Shown here: positions 1-9,800 of the stretch, in pieces
How the letters are laid out: the number at the start of each line of letters is the position of its first letter
Position numbering within the stretch: the first letter of the stretch is position 1
Assembly: GCA_003170275.1 (NCBI GenBank)
Contig: PNAM01000096.1
Span: 34,944-98,943 of the forward strand
Direction of reading: 5' to 3'
Length of the DNA stretch: 64,000 nucleotides
Origin: Myxococcales bacterium
Lineage (GTDB): Bacteria > Myxococcota_A > Polyangia > Palsa-1104
Notes under the pieces: model-generated
Databases searched by the model: none
What the model saw: only the letters and a program-made list of their open reading frames with translations
What the model was told of the DNA's origin: nothing
Position numbers and translations under genes: made by a program

Positions 1-405
1 CACGTCGGGGTTGGCGGCCATGGCCGGGTTGAGCAGCTTGATGGCCACCCGCTTGCCGATGATCGGGTGCGTGGCGCCGTAGATCACGCCCATGCCGCCT
101 TCGCCGATCTGGTTGTCGACCAGGTACTCGCCCACCTTGGTGCCGGGCATGAGCTGGTCGGGCCGCGTGGTGAACTCGAGGTTGGTGCCCTGGTCCTCGA
201 TCGTCGGGTTGCCGGGCTGGGGGACAATGGTGGCCCCGTAGGCCACGTCGGTGCGCATGCCGGTGCCGCCGCCGCCCGAGGCCATCGCCTGGGCGGTCAC
301 CGCCTCGGAGCCTGCGAGCACCACCAGCACGGCGCCGTCATCCAGGCAGAACTTGACCTCGGCGTCGGTGTAGCTCCTCGAGCACCTGGGGCAGCTTCGA
401 GCCAT
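1..405 (-). CDS. Ser/Thr protein kinase (Hanks type) with N-terminal zinc-ribbon-like motif; runs off the window edge
   Basis: Manual translation from ATG at 405: MARSCPRCSRSYTDAEVKFCLDDG...KVGEYLVDNQIGEGGMGVIYGATHPIIGKRVAIKLL (Gly-rich loop and VAIK lysine). Not in the ORF track because it is truncated. Confidence 0.92.
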   Translation of the reverse strand, partial: MARSCPRCSRSYTDAEVKFCLDDGAVLVVLAGSEAVTAQAMASGGGGTGMRTDVAYGATIVPQPGNPTIEDQGTNLEFTTRPDQLMPGTKVGEYLVDNQIGEGGMGVIYGATHPIIGKRVAIKLLNPAMAANPDV

Positions 406-409
406 CCCC

Positions 410-1549
410 CTATTTTACCCCAGCATGAAACGGAACGCCGATCGGCGGCGCCGGTTGGCTCAGCGTCACCCCCACCGCGATCGCGCCGGCCGCCACGCCC
501 GCCACCGCCACCATCGCGGTCCAGAACCACCACTTCTTCGCCACCGACGGGCCGCGCAGCTGCTCGACCTGCACCGCGAACGGCAGCGCCTCGGAGCCGA
601 GGTGCTGCAGCACCGCATGGTTCTTGTCGAGGACCACGCCGAAGTATTCGATCTTCGAGCCCGGCGGCACGCCCATGGTGAACACGCGCGGCAGCGAAAT
701 CTTTCCCGCCTGCTGCGGCTGCAGCGACGAGAACGCCTTGCCGCCGCCCAGCCGATAGAACAGCTGGATGCCGGTCACCAGCGCGAAGCGATCGCCGCTC
801 ACGGTGAAGCTCACCTCGACCGGCTGGCCCGCTTTGAGCGAGCCCGGCTGGTTGTGCGCCACCGACAGCGACGGCCCAGGCCCTTGTCCGCGCGCGGCCT
901 CGAGCGCTTTCTTGGTGGCGTCGGGCGCGTCGCCCGGCAGCGTGGCGGTCGGATCGAGCTCGAGCGCGCGCCCGCACGCGTCGACCGCCGCCTGCGCGTC
1001 GCCCTTGCCCGCTTCGAGGGCGCAGCGCAACAGGTGCGCGCGCGTCACCCCGGGCCGCTCGTTGTTGGGCGTGCGCTCGTAGCTCTCGAGCTGCGCCTGC
1101 GCGTCGGCCGGCCGGCCCTGCGCGACGAACTCCTCGCCCAGCTTGAGCGCCTCTTCACCCTGCGCGCGCGAGGCGCGTTCCTTGGCCAGCCAATCCTCGG
1201 CTTCGCGCTGCTCCCCGTCGACCACCTCGCGGCGTTTGGGATCGGCTGCGCGCCCCGAGGCGATGTAAGCCTTGAAGTGCTCGATGGCCTGCTCGACGTA
1301 CTCGAGCTTGCGCGTGCGCGCGAACAGCTGCTTCTTGACCAGGCCCAGGTTGAACAGCAGCTCGGGCGCGGCGGTCAGCCGATACGAGGTCTCGAAGTGC
1401 TCGAGCGCCTTTTCGTAGTGACCGAGGTTGAACTCCTTCTTGGCGGCTTCGAACTCCTGGCGTCCGAGCTCCTTCAGGTCCGGCGCCTGCGCGCGTCCGA
1501 GCGACGGCGCGAGGAGGAGCAGGGCGACGAGATGGATGCGCAGCTTCAT
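410..1549 (-). CDS. Exported TPR-repeat protein with C-terminal TM anchor
   Basis: Signal peptide MKLRIHLVALLLLAPSLGRA; TPR-like helices (FNLGHYEKALEHFETSY, PELLFNLG); C-terminal KKWWFW plus hydrophobic helix; ATGA overlap with the upstream gene. Confidence 0.85.
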   Translation of the reverse strand: MKLRIHLVALLLLAPSLGRAQAPDLKELGRQEFEAAKKEFNLGHYEKALEHFETSYRLTAAPELLFNLGLVKKQLFARTRKLEYVEQAIEHFKAYIASGRAADPKRREVVDGEQREAEDWLAKERASRAQGEEALKLGEEFVAQGRPADAQAQLESYERTPNNERPGVTRAHLLRCALEAGKGDAQAAVDACGRALELDPTATLPGDAPDATKKALEAARGQGPGPSLSVAHNQPGSLKAGQPVEVSFTVSGDRFALVTGIQLFYRLGGGKAFSSLQPQQAGKISLPRVFTMGVPPGSKIEYFGVVLDKNHAVLQHLGSEALPFAVQVEQLRGPSVAKKWWFWTAMVAVAGVAAGAIAVGVTLSQPAPPIGVPFHAGVK

Positions 1550-4500
1550 AGGAGGGGCCCGCGGACGATCGAGATGGTCTTGGCCGCCGCCGCGCCCACC
1601 GCGACGTCGGGGTAGCCGTCGGAGTCGAAATCTCCGACGAGGAGCTGAGATCCCAGGGCGTCACCGGGGCGCGCGCCGAGGAGCGCGGCTGCGGCCGGCG
1701 AGCCGTTCGCGCCCAGCTGGAGCATCGGCGCCGCGCGCAGGGTGGCGCCGCGCACGACGTAGAAGGCGCCCGCTCCGGGCGTGGCCGCTGGGAGCGGCGA
1801 AGGCGCGCCGATGAGCAGCGCATCGCCGCCCGGCCAGGGAAGGACCGCGAGCGCCGCGCCCAACCTGCCGACGGGCGACGAGCCGCGGACGGTCTGGCTC
1901 GCCTTGGACAGCGGCAGGTCGCCGGCCAGGAAGTCCTGGGCGGCGAGCACGAACACGGTCCCTGCGCCGTCGTCGGGAGCGGCCACCGCCAGCGACGGTG
2001 AGGTGCCGTCGATCGAGAGCAGCGCCACCGCTTCACCAAAGCCACCGCCTTCGCCGAGCCAACGCCCGAGCGGCCCGGCGGCCACGTTCGGCGCGTTGAT
2101 CGCGCTCGCGCTCACCAGGTAGGCGGCACCGACGGTCTTGGCGTTGGGGTCGGTCGCCGCCGGTGCGCCGATCGCCACCTTGCCGCCCGAAGCCGCCAGC
2201 GCGCTGCCGAAGCGAGAACCGGCGGTGCCCTTCAGCGAAAGGGCCGCGGCCAGGCTGCCGGTGCCGTCGCGCGGGAGCTCGGCTGCGCGCAGCACGAACA
2301 CCGTCGCTGCGCCCTCGGCGCCGGCGAGCACGTCCAGCTTTCCGTCGCCGTCGACGTCGAGCAGCGCGATCGACGTGCCGAGCCGATCGCCGGTGTTGGT
2401 GCCGCTCACCGTCGAGAGCGTGGGTGTTCCTCCAGCCACGAACATCGATCCGCCGAAGATCACGAACACCGCGCCGCGCGTGTCGTTCGCGCCCGGCGCG
2501 CCGATCACCACATCGTCGGCGCCGTCGCCGTCGAGGTCGCCGACCGCGAGCGCCGCGCCATACTGCTCGCCGGGCTTGCCGGTCGCGCTGAAGTCCGGGG
2601 TCTGCTTGAACGCCGCGCCGCCCAGATAGATCGACACGATGCCCGAGTTCGGCGCGGATGCGTCGCCTTGGCTCGCGTTGGCCACCACCAGATCGCTGTG
2701 GGACGGTTTGGCGCCGGTGAGGTTGCCCGCCGCGAGGCGCCCGATCGGCGCGGTCGCCGACGTCACCGTCTGGTCGGCGTCGGTCACCGCGAGGTGCAGC
2801 GTGGCATCGGTGCAGTCGTCGACGCAGTCCGGCGCGAGGGTGGCCTTGCTCGTCTGGCCCGGGTTCAAGAGGGTCTGGATGCGGTCTTTGGTCGGATCGC
2901 GCGACGCGCCGCCGAGCTTCGCCAACCGGTTTTCGTAGACGTCGTACACTTCGGCGCGCACGGTGACGTTGAGCGCCATCGGCAGCGCGTCGGGCATCAG
3001 TCGGAAGGTGCTGGTCTTGTCGAGGCCGTAGTCCTTGGCCAGGTCGACCACGATGTCGCCCAGCCCGTCGCCGTCATAGTCGTAGTTGGAGACGATCAAC
3101 CCGGGCTTGACCGTCGCGGCCTGCATGGTGGGGTTGAACGAGAGCTTGTCGCTCGAGCTGATGATAATGCGCGCGTGCGCCGCGCTCACGAACTCTGGAT
3201 CGGTCAGCTTGAGCGTGAGCTCGAGGCCCGTCCCCGAGCTCGAGCAGCCCCCGACGACCAGGGCCAACGCGAGCCCGCGAATGCGCCGCCGTGACCACAC
3301 GAGCGCGACCAACGCCAACAGCCACGCCAGGCCGCCCGCTTCTCCGGGTCCGCCCACGCTGCAGCCGCCCGGCGGGGCCTTGCGCACGAACGGCGCCGGC
3401 CCGCTGGTCATGCACGCGCAGCTCCCGGTCATGCACGACCCGGTGCCACACACGTCGCTCGCGCAGGTAGTGCCGTCGGGCGCGTCGCTGAAGGTCGTGC
3501 AGTTGCTCAAGCTCGACGACACCGCGCACTGCCCAAACGACTCGCAGCTGTTGGCGGTCGGATCCGTATAGGTGCGGCATTGCGTCGACAGCCCTGCGCA
3601 CGAGACCTGCGGCGCCGGGCAGCGCGCGTCCGTGGTGGGCACCTCGACGCAGCCCTTGGAGCCGCACGCCTGGCAGATGCCGTCGCACGGAGTATCGCAG
3701 CAGACGCCGTGCGTGCAGATGCCCTGCCCGCACCCGGTCGCGTCGCTGCACACCCCTCCGAGCCCGACGATGCCGAGGCTGCGGTAGTGCACCCGCGGCG
3801 TAAAGGCGCCGCCGAACGACTCCAGGCGATCGTAGGCGATCAGCGCCTGGCCGGTGGGGGCGACGGCGAGCAGCGGCGAAGGCGTGAACCGCGGAGTGAA
3901 GGCGGTGTCGCCGCCGTACACCTGTCCAGGGATCTGGTCGGCACCCATCGCGCGAAAGGTCGCGTTCGCGTCGATCACGAACGGCGCCTCGAGCTTCTGC
4001 AGGGCCGCGTCGATCCGCACGCCCATCACGCCTGCGGGCGACGCCTCGATCCAGCTCACCAGGCCGATCGGCTGCCCGCCCGACGGCGTGCTGAATCCCA
4101 GCGCTGGCGCCTCGCGCACGCCGGTGCCGGTCATGAGGGTGGCCGCAGCGGCGGCCGGCGAGGTGGCGCCGTCGGCCAGCGCGACGACGCGAATCGAGTC
4201 GCTGTTCAGCAGCACGTCGCGCCAGGCTACGTACACCTGCTTGCCGTCCGAGCCCACCGCCGGCGCCCGCTCGGGATCCAGTTGCGCGCTCACCGTCGCG
4301 ATCGCACCGAGCACACCGGTCTTGGCGATCCACGCGCCCTTCACGTCGGAAGGACCCTTGTTGCCGTACTGGCTACACGGCGTCTCGAACGCGACGAAGT
4401 ATTGGGTACCGTCGAACGCCGCGGCCTGCGCGCAGGCCGCATCGGCAACCACGGCTTCGGTTCCCGGCGTTCCGTTGGGCGCCACCAGGTTGCCGAACAC

Positions 4501-6318
4501 CTGCGTGTTCAAGTCGTTCGCTACCACTCCGCGCCAGTCCTCCCATGCGACCAGCCAGCCCGCGCTCGAGCCTGCGACCGTCGGCGCCTGCTGTGCATAG
4601 AGTGCGGGCACAGCGCTGACGGCGATTCCGCCGGGGTCCTTCACGGTGCCGTCGGCTCCGACGCGGGTGGCATAGATCGACAAGGCGTTGCCGTTCGGCA
4701 GGTCGCGCCCGTCGGACCAGGCGACCAGAAAATCGCCGCTCGGCATGGCTCCCACTGCCGGCGTGATCTGGTCGTTGGGCGCACCCGCCGTGGCATCCGC
4801 GGGATCGCTACTGATGAGAAACGGCGCCGCATCGGCCGGCAGCCCGTTGAGCTTGAAGCGCATCCCGTACACGTCGAGGCTCGAGACGTCGAAGTTGCGA
4901 TCGTCCTCCCACACCAGCAGGAAGAGGTCTCCGTTCGACGCCGCGTGGTACCCGCGCTGAAAGCTGTGCGCCTGACTGAGTACGTGCGACGGCACCATCG
5001 GCAGCATTCCCGGCGCCGGCGGAGGGCTCACGCTCAGGTCGGTCGGTAGGGCGAAAACATCGTATCCGGTGATCCCGCCGGACAGTCCGCCGACGTACCC
5101 CACCCAGGCGGTGAACACATGCCCGGCGGCGTCCGTCGCGATCGCCTGCCGGAGCGAGTCGGTGTCACCCGGCAGGGTCGGGTTCACCTGCCCGATCGTG
5201 GCGTCGATCAGCGATCCACCGCCGTCGCCGACGCCGCTGCCGTCATAGCGCCCGCCATAGTGAAGGAGGAGGCCGCTGTTGAAGTCGAACGCCTCCCAGG
5301 AAAGAAAGAACTTCCCGGTGCCATTCGAGAGCGCCTGTGGCCGCTGGAAGGACGCCGTCGTGCTCGCGGCCAGAACCTGATCGGAGGCACCCAGGGTTCC
5401 CGTCAGGGACAGCGTACGCATCCAGATCTCGAAGATCGTCTTCGGTGTCCGAAGGTCTGCCCAATAGATGACGTAGCCGCTCCCGTCTGAGGCAGCGGTT
5501 GGGTGCGCTACCGCGGGTGCCCCGTCGGCTCGCGGCGCGCTGGTGTTGACCTGCTGCGATGGCTTCGGTCCGGTGGCGTCGAGGAGCGCCGCCCGTACCT
5601 GCGTCGGCGGCTGAGCGTTGCCGCCGGCGAGTGGCTGGATCTCCCAGAGCACCAGATAGCTCGCGCCGCTGCCGCTCCACGTTACCGACGGCACACCCGT
5701 GATCTGGGTGGCGGTGGTGTCCGAGACCAGTCTGGCGTTGATGGTGCCCGACGCTGTCTCGTTCTGAAACAGCGTGCACTCGACGACGAAATTGTTCCCG
5801 ACCAGCACGTGCTCCCAGCACACCAGCGCGCTGTTCGCGCCGCCGCCCACGGAGGGGTCTACATGCGCGCCGCTTCCGGCGGTGAGCATCGTGGCGGTTC
5901 CGACCGCTGTCGCCGACGGCGCCGCCGGATCGACCAGCACCGAGGCGATCTGCGGCGTGCCTCCTCCCGCATCGCTGTACGTCACCAAGAACTTGCTGCC
6001 ATCGAACGCGACCGCCGGAGTGAGCAGCTGGCCGCTGCCCGTGGCGATGGCCAAGGCCGGGAAGTCGATCACCGTTCCGGCCGCAGTGAAGCGCACGCCG
6101 CGGATATTGGAGATGCCGCTGACGCCGGGCAGCAGGTCCGCCCAGACCGCCAGGTACACGCCGCCGCCGTACGCGATCGATGCGCGCTGCTGGTCGCCGA
6201 CCTGCGCGGCGAGCTTGGGCGCGTCGACCGGCAGGTCCATCGAGAGCACCGGCTGCGCGCGCGCGACCGGCACGCAGAGGATCCCGCCAACCACAGCAAT
6301 CACGAGGCCAGAGCGCAT
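1546..6318 (-). CDS. Large exported protein (1590 aa): repeat/propeller region, Cys-rich region, internal MYXO-CTERM-like motif, second lipoprotein signal, FG-GAP repeats
   Basis: Start reassigned to ATG 6318 (MRSGLVIAVVGGILCVPVARAQ signal peptide). Repeats of YLxVWxD.R...I.G.R type; Cys-rich block (CTHGVCCDTPCDGICQAC); FG-GAP repeats (GDLDGDGADDVVIGAPG, DVDGDGKLDVLAGA, GDFDSDGYPDVAVGA). Confidence 0.85.
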   Translation of the reverse strand: MRSGLVIAVVGGILCVPVARAQPVLSMDLPVDAPKLAAQVGDQQRASIAYGGGVYLAVWADLLPGVSGISNIRGVRFTAAGTVIDFPALAIATGSGQLLTPAVAFDGSKFLVTYSDAGGGTPQIASVLVDPAAPSATAVGTATMLTAGSGAHVDPSVGGGANSALVCWEHVLVGNNFVVECTLFQNETASGTINARLVSDTTATQITGVPSVTWSGSGASYLVLWEIQPLAGGNAQPPTQVRAALLDATGPKPSQQVNTSAPRADGAPAVAHPTAASDGSGYVIYWADLRTPKTIFEIWMRTLSLTGTLGASDQVLAASTTASFQRPQALSNGTGKFFLSWEAFDFNSGLLLHYGGRYDGSGVGDGGGSLIDATIGQVNPTLPGDTDSLRQAIATDAAGHVFTAWVGYVGGLSGGITGYDVFALPTDLSVSPPPAPGMLPMVPSHVLSQAHSFQRGYHAASNGDLFLLVWEDDRNFDVSSLDVYGMRFKLNGLPADAAPFLISSDPADATAGAPNDQITPAVGAMPSGDFLVAWSDGRDLPNGNALSIYATRVGADGTVKDPGGIAVSAVPALYAQQAPTVAGSSAGWLVAWEDWRGVVANDLNTQVFGNLVAPNGTPGTEAVVADAACAQAAAFDGTQYFVAFETPCSQYGNKGPSDVKGAWIAKTGVLGAIATVSAQLDPERAPAVGSDGKQVYVAWRDVLLNSDSIRVVALADGATSPAAAAATLMTGTGVREAPALGFSTPSGGQPIGLVSWIEASPAGVMGVRIDAALQKLEAPFVIDANATFRAMGADQIPGQVYGGDTAFTPRFTPSPLLAVAPTGQALIAYDRLESFGGAFTPRVHYRSLGIVGLGGVCSDATGCGQGICTHGVCCDTPCDGICQACGSKGCVEVPTTDARCPAPQVSCAGLSTQCRTYTDPTANSCESFGQCAVSSSLSNCTTFSDAPDGTTCASDVCGTGSCMTGSCACMTSGPAPFVRKAPPGGCSVGGPGEAGGLAWLLALVALVWSRRRIRGLALALVVGGCSSSGTGLELTLKLTDPEFVSAAHARIIISSSDKLSFNPTMQAATVKPGLIVSNYDYDGDGLGDIVVDLAKDYGLDKTSTFRLMPDALPMALNVTVRAEVYDVYENRLAKLGGASRDPTKDRIQTLLNPGQTSKATLAPDCVDDCTDATLHLAVTDADQTVTSATAPIGRLAAGNLTGAKPSHSDLVVANASQGDASAPNSGIVSIYLGGAAFKQTPDFSATGKPGEQYGAALAVGDLDGDGADDVVIGAPGANDTRGAVFVIFGGSMFVAGGTPTLSTVSGTNTGDRLGTSIALLDVDGDGKLDVLAGAEGAATVFVLRAAELPRDGTGSLAAALSLKGTAGSRFGSALAASGGKVAIGAPAATDPNAKTVGAAYLVSASAINAPNVAAGPLGRWLGEGGGFGEAVALLSIDGTSPSLAVAAPDDGAGTVFVLAAQDFLAGDLPLSKASQTVRGSSPVGRLGAALAVLPWPGGDALLIGAPSPLPAATPGAGAFYVVRGATLRAAPMLQLGANGSPAAAALLGARPGDALGSQLLVGDFDSDGYPDVAVGAAAAKTISIVRGPLL

Positions 6319-6329
6319 GTCGGATCCTT

Positions 6330-6857
6330 TTAGCGGGTATAGACGACGTGCATGGGGGCCGTGATCATGCCGGGCACGCCCTCGAGCGTGGCCTGCACCT
6401 GCCAGTCGCCGTCCTCGGGATAGCGGATGAAAGACGTCCCACCGATGGGCAGGCCGCGATCGAGGGCCGAGCCGCCCGGTACCGCCAGCACCGGGTTCAT
6501 GTTGAGCGGCTCGCCCATCTGCGCGTGCATCATCTGGCCGCCTGCCGGGTCGGTGGTGAACGCGGCGTCGTCGCTGTAGGTGAGCACCCCCTTCGGATTC
6601 ACGAACTGAAGGTGGAGCATGGTCGCCTTCGGCATCTGCGGCGTGATCACGCGGACCCACAATTCGTCGAGCGCCGAGAAGTTGAATGCGGTCTTCAACA
6701 CCCCGTTCTCGATCCCGAGCCGGCTGTCAGAGAGCTCAATCGCCGAGCCGATCGGCGGCGGTCCCCCCGGGTCCGGCGGTGGCGTCATCATCGTGGTGCT
6801 CGCGCCGCCCTTGCAGCCGGCCACCGCGACGAACAGGAGCATTATTGACGTGCGCAT
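6330..6857 (-). CDS. Hypothetical lipoprotein
   Basis: MRTSIMLLFVAVAG-C lipobox followed by a Pro/Gly linker; alternative ATG at 6866; tightly packed in the operon. Confidence 0.75.
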   Translation of the reverse strand: MRTSIMLLFVAVAGCKGGASTTMMTPPPDPGGPPPIGSAIELSDSRLGIENGVLKTAFNFSALDELWVRVITPQMPKATMLHLQFVNPKGVLTYSDDAAFTTDPAGGQMMHAQMGEPLNMNPVLAVPGGSALDRGLPIGGTSFIRYPEDGDWQVQATLEGVPGMITAPMHVVYTR

Positions 6858-6871
6858 GGTCGTCATCCTTT

Positions 6872-9800
6872 TCACGGCCACAGGGGCATACTGATGAACG
6901 AAGGGTTGGTGTTCGGGCCCGTCACGGTCATGCGGATCAGATCCGCGTTCGCCGCCGCGACTCGCCCGTCGACGGAGAACGAATAGGGCACGTTGATCGG
7001 CGAGCCATTCTGCGAGCCCGTGAGCGACAAGGTCTTGGCCATGTCGCCGACGTTGTAGACGTGGACCGGACCGCCCTGCGCCAGGTAGGAGTTGGAGAAG
7101 TACAGGACCAGATCCTGAACCCCGCCCGTCACGTCACGCGCCTCGAAGTAGACGTCGCCATACAGCGGATCGGCCGACGTGCTCAGCACACCGATGATGT
7201 TTTGCTCCGCCATGTTCGTCGGATCGGGCTGGTACCACGCGGGGTCGGCCAGGTCGGCCCAGATGCCCGAGCTCGCGCCGCCCATCATGCCGTCGCCCTT
7301 CCAGTGCCAAAAGAAGACCTTGGTCCCCTGGGTGATGATCGCGTCTTGTGGGATCGCGTCGATCGTGGTGCACCCTGCCCCCATCGAGCGGCAGGCGTAG
7401 TCGGTCCAGGCGAGCGTGGTGATGCGGCCGCCGCTCACCCAGCCGGTGAAGGGTAAAGGCGGCCAGCCCAGGACCGTCGGATTGGTGAACGTGCACCCCG
7501 ACCCGGAACCCGAGCAGTCGGCGTTGATGCGGAACAGATCGCCATTGTTGGGCCAGTTGGCGTACAGCATGCCGAGCCACGAGGTCCCCTCCTGGACGCC
7601 GGTCTCGAGCATGACGGGGCCGACCACACCCTCGTTGTAGATCCTATTGTTGTACGGGCAGTTCCCGCCCGGACAGCTGCTCGATCCGAACACGTCCCCG
7701 GTGCTCTGGGAGTCGTCGATGTTGTTGCCGGACGCCGTGACCTGGATGTTGTCGACGTACGCAGTGGTCGGATCGCCCGGGCAGCCGTCGTCGTGGACCA
7801 TGAATTCGAGCGTGCCGGTTACCCCGGCCAGGTCGCTGACGTCTGCCGACGCTGACTCCCACGTCCCGTCGCCGAGCGTGTTGGCCAGGAGCGTCTTGGA
7901 TCCGAAGAACGGGAAGCTGCCGTAGTTGAACACCGCATGGAAGTTGTCGAAGGTGATGCTGTCGTTGCTCACGACCTTATACGCGAAGTCGATGGTCGTC
8001 GCACCGTCCGGAATCTTGATGTTCGTCTGGTAGATGTAGTTGTTGTTGGGGGTGCCGCAGCTGCTCAAGGTGCTGTTGAGGCGCGCGCACTGCGTGCCCG
8101 CACCCACGGAGCAGCCCGACGACTGAACGGCGGTGCTGCCTACCGAGGTCCAGTTGGTGAAGCCGCTCTCGAAGCTCGGGTTCTTGACCAGGTTGGTCGT
8201 ATCGCCCGGGACCACCAGGAACATGCCCGGCTGCGGGTTGCCGCCGGCCGGGTAGTTGATTCGCGTACCGGCGATCGCCCAATTGGCGTCGTAGACGAAC
8301 GACTCGTCGGTGACCCACATCGGCCAGACGCCGTGGAACGGGTAGACCGGCGGAGCGCCGAATATTGCGCAGTCACAGGCGGCCTCGGTCCACGTCGACA
8401 CGCGCCAGGGGGCGTTCGGATCGACGAGCGCGATGCCGTTGTTGAACCCGGGTCCGATGACCGGGCCGAAGAAGCCGCACGTGCCACTGCAGGCCGGGCC
8501 GGTGTTGGTCGTGTTGTAGGTCGAGAACGCCAGGCCGCAGCGCGTTCCGTCGGCGCCGCCCGTGAGCGTCCGCAGCGTCGGAAACGCGATGTTGTCGGCG
8601 CCCATGAGCGAGGTGGCGAGGTTGTTGAGCTGCGCTTCAGTGGGCGCGGTCGGGCTGCAGTAGAAGGTCTCGTCGCGCACGCAGATGCCCTGCACGCACT
8701 TGTCGACGCCGGCCGGCGTAGTGGCGCCGAAGCGGCTCGCCGCGCAGGCGTTCCCGCAGGAGCCGCAGTTCGAGCGATCGTTCATGATGTCGACGCACTT
8801 GGCTCCGCCGCAGCAGTACGTGCCATTGGGACAGGCGCCCTTTTGCCCGGCGGTGTTGCACGAGGCAGGGGAGCACGTCGAGTCGGTGGTGTTGAAGACG
8901 CATTGCCCCGCCTGGCAGTGGCCGTCTGCGCCGCCCGGGCAGAAGCCACCCGACGGCGAATCACAGCCGCAGCTGACACCGTCGTTGCAGGAGGTGCCGT
9001 TGGCGACCACCTGCGGGTTGCAGTTGCCGGTGATGGGGTTGCAGACGTAGGTGACGCACGGGGTGTTGGCCGGGCACTGGCACGACACCTTCGGCCCGGG
9101 CGCGCCCGGCGGGAGGATGCTGGTGCCAGGGCCGCCGCTGAGCGGCCACGGCACGCAGTAGGTCTTGAAGTTCTGGGCGCCGGTGCCGGCGGTGTTGATC
9201 GACGTCGCCACCCGCATGCGGTCGAGATCGACCGACGAGGTGGTGGCGACATCGAGCGCCGGATCGTAGACCGTGTCGGTCCCGCCGGCCGCGGCCGTGT
9301 ACTGCTCGTCGGTGCCGGTGATCAGGTTGAGCTGGTGCAGCTGCCCGTTGTTCAGCCCGACGTAGACCTTGCCGGCGAGATTCGAGAGGACCGGCGCGCT
9401 CATCACCTTGGCGCCGCCCGTCGGCGTATAGGTCCAGGAGAGGCCGGGGGCGCCGCCGTTGTCGGTCACCGAGTGCAGCACGCCGGCGGAGTCGCCGACC
9501 ATCACCACGGTGTTCATGCCGCCTGTCAGGCGCGGCTCGGGCCATGGGCTGCGGTTGATCGATCCGCCCGCGATGATCGGCGTGGTCCAGATGGTGCTGC
9601 CGTCGACGGCGCTGTGCACGCGCAGCGTGCCGGTCTGCGTACCGAGGTACAGCCGGTTGCCGCGCAGCTCGGGGCGCGTGATGAGCGAGTCCGCGTTCAC
9701 CGACCAGGAGAGCGTGCCGTTGACCGTCGAGATGGCCCACAGCGACGCCTGCGGGTGTGAGATCGGGACCTGGGTGCCGCAGTAGATGAGATCGTTGGTG

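Noticed and set aside
4300-5800. Apparently more A/T-ending codons in the N-terminal half of the 1590-aa gene, suggesting mosaic origin
   Set aside because: Only a visual impression; it needs a sliding GC3 calculation, and no mobile-element boundaries are visible.
6319-6660. N-terminal extensions in the ORF track (also 15302-16021, 17563-18183, 25469-26050, 33919-36057, 38418-40460, 59656-60225, 62882-63163)
   Set aside because: Better starts with signal peptides, SD sequences or stop/start overlaps lie downstream, and the extensions overlap neighbouring real genes.
7937-9760. Many long alternative-frame and antisense ORFs (e.g. 7937-9760+, 15373-17922+, 23472-26051-, 48999-51044+, 52851-55169+, 57550-59690 portion +)
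   Set aside because: They are Arg/Ala/Gly-rich shadows caused by stop-codon scarcity in high-GC DNA. They overlap well-supported genes and have no recognisable motifs.
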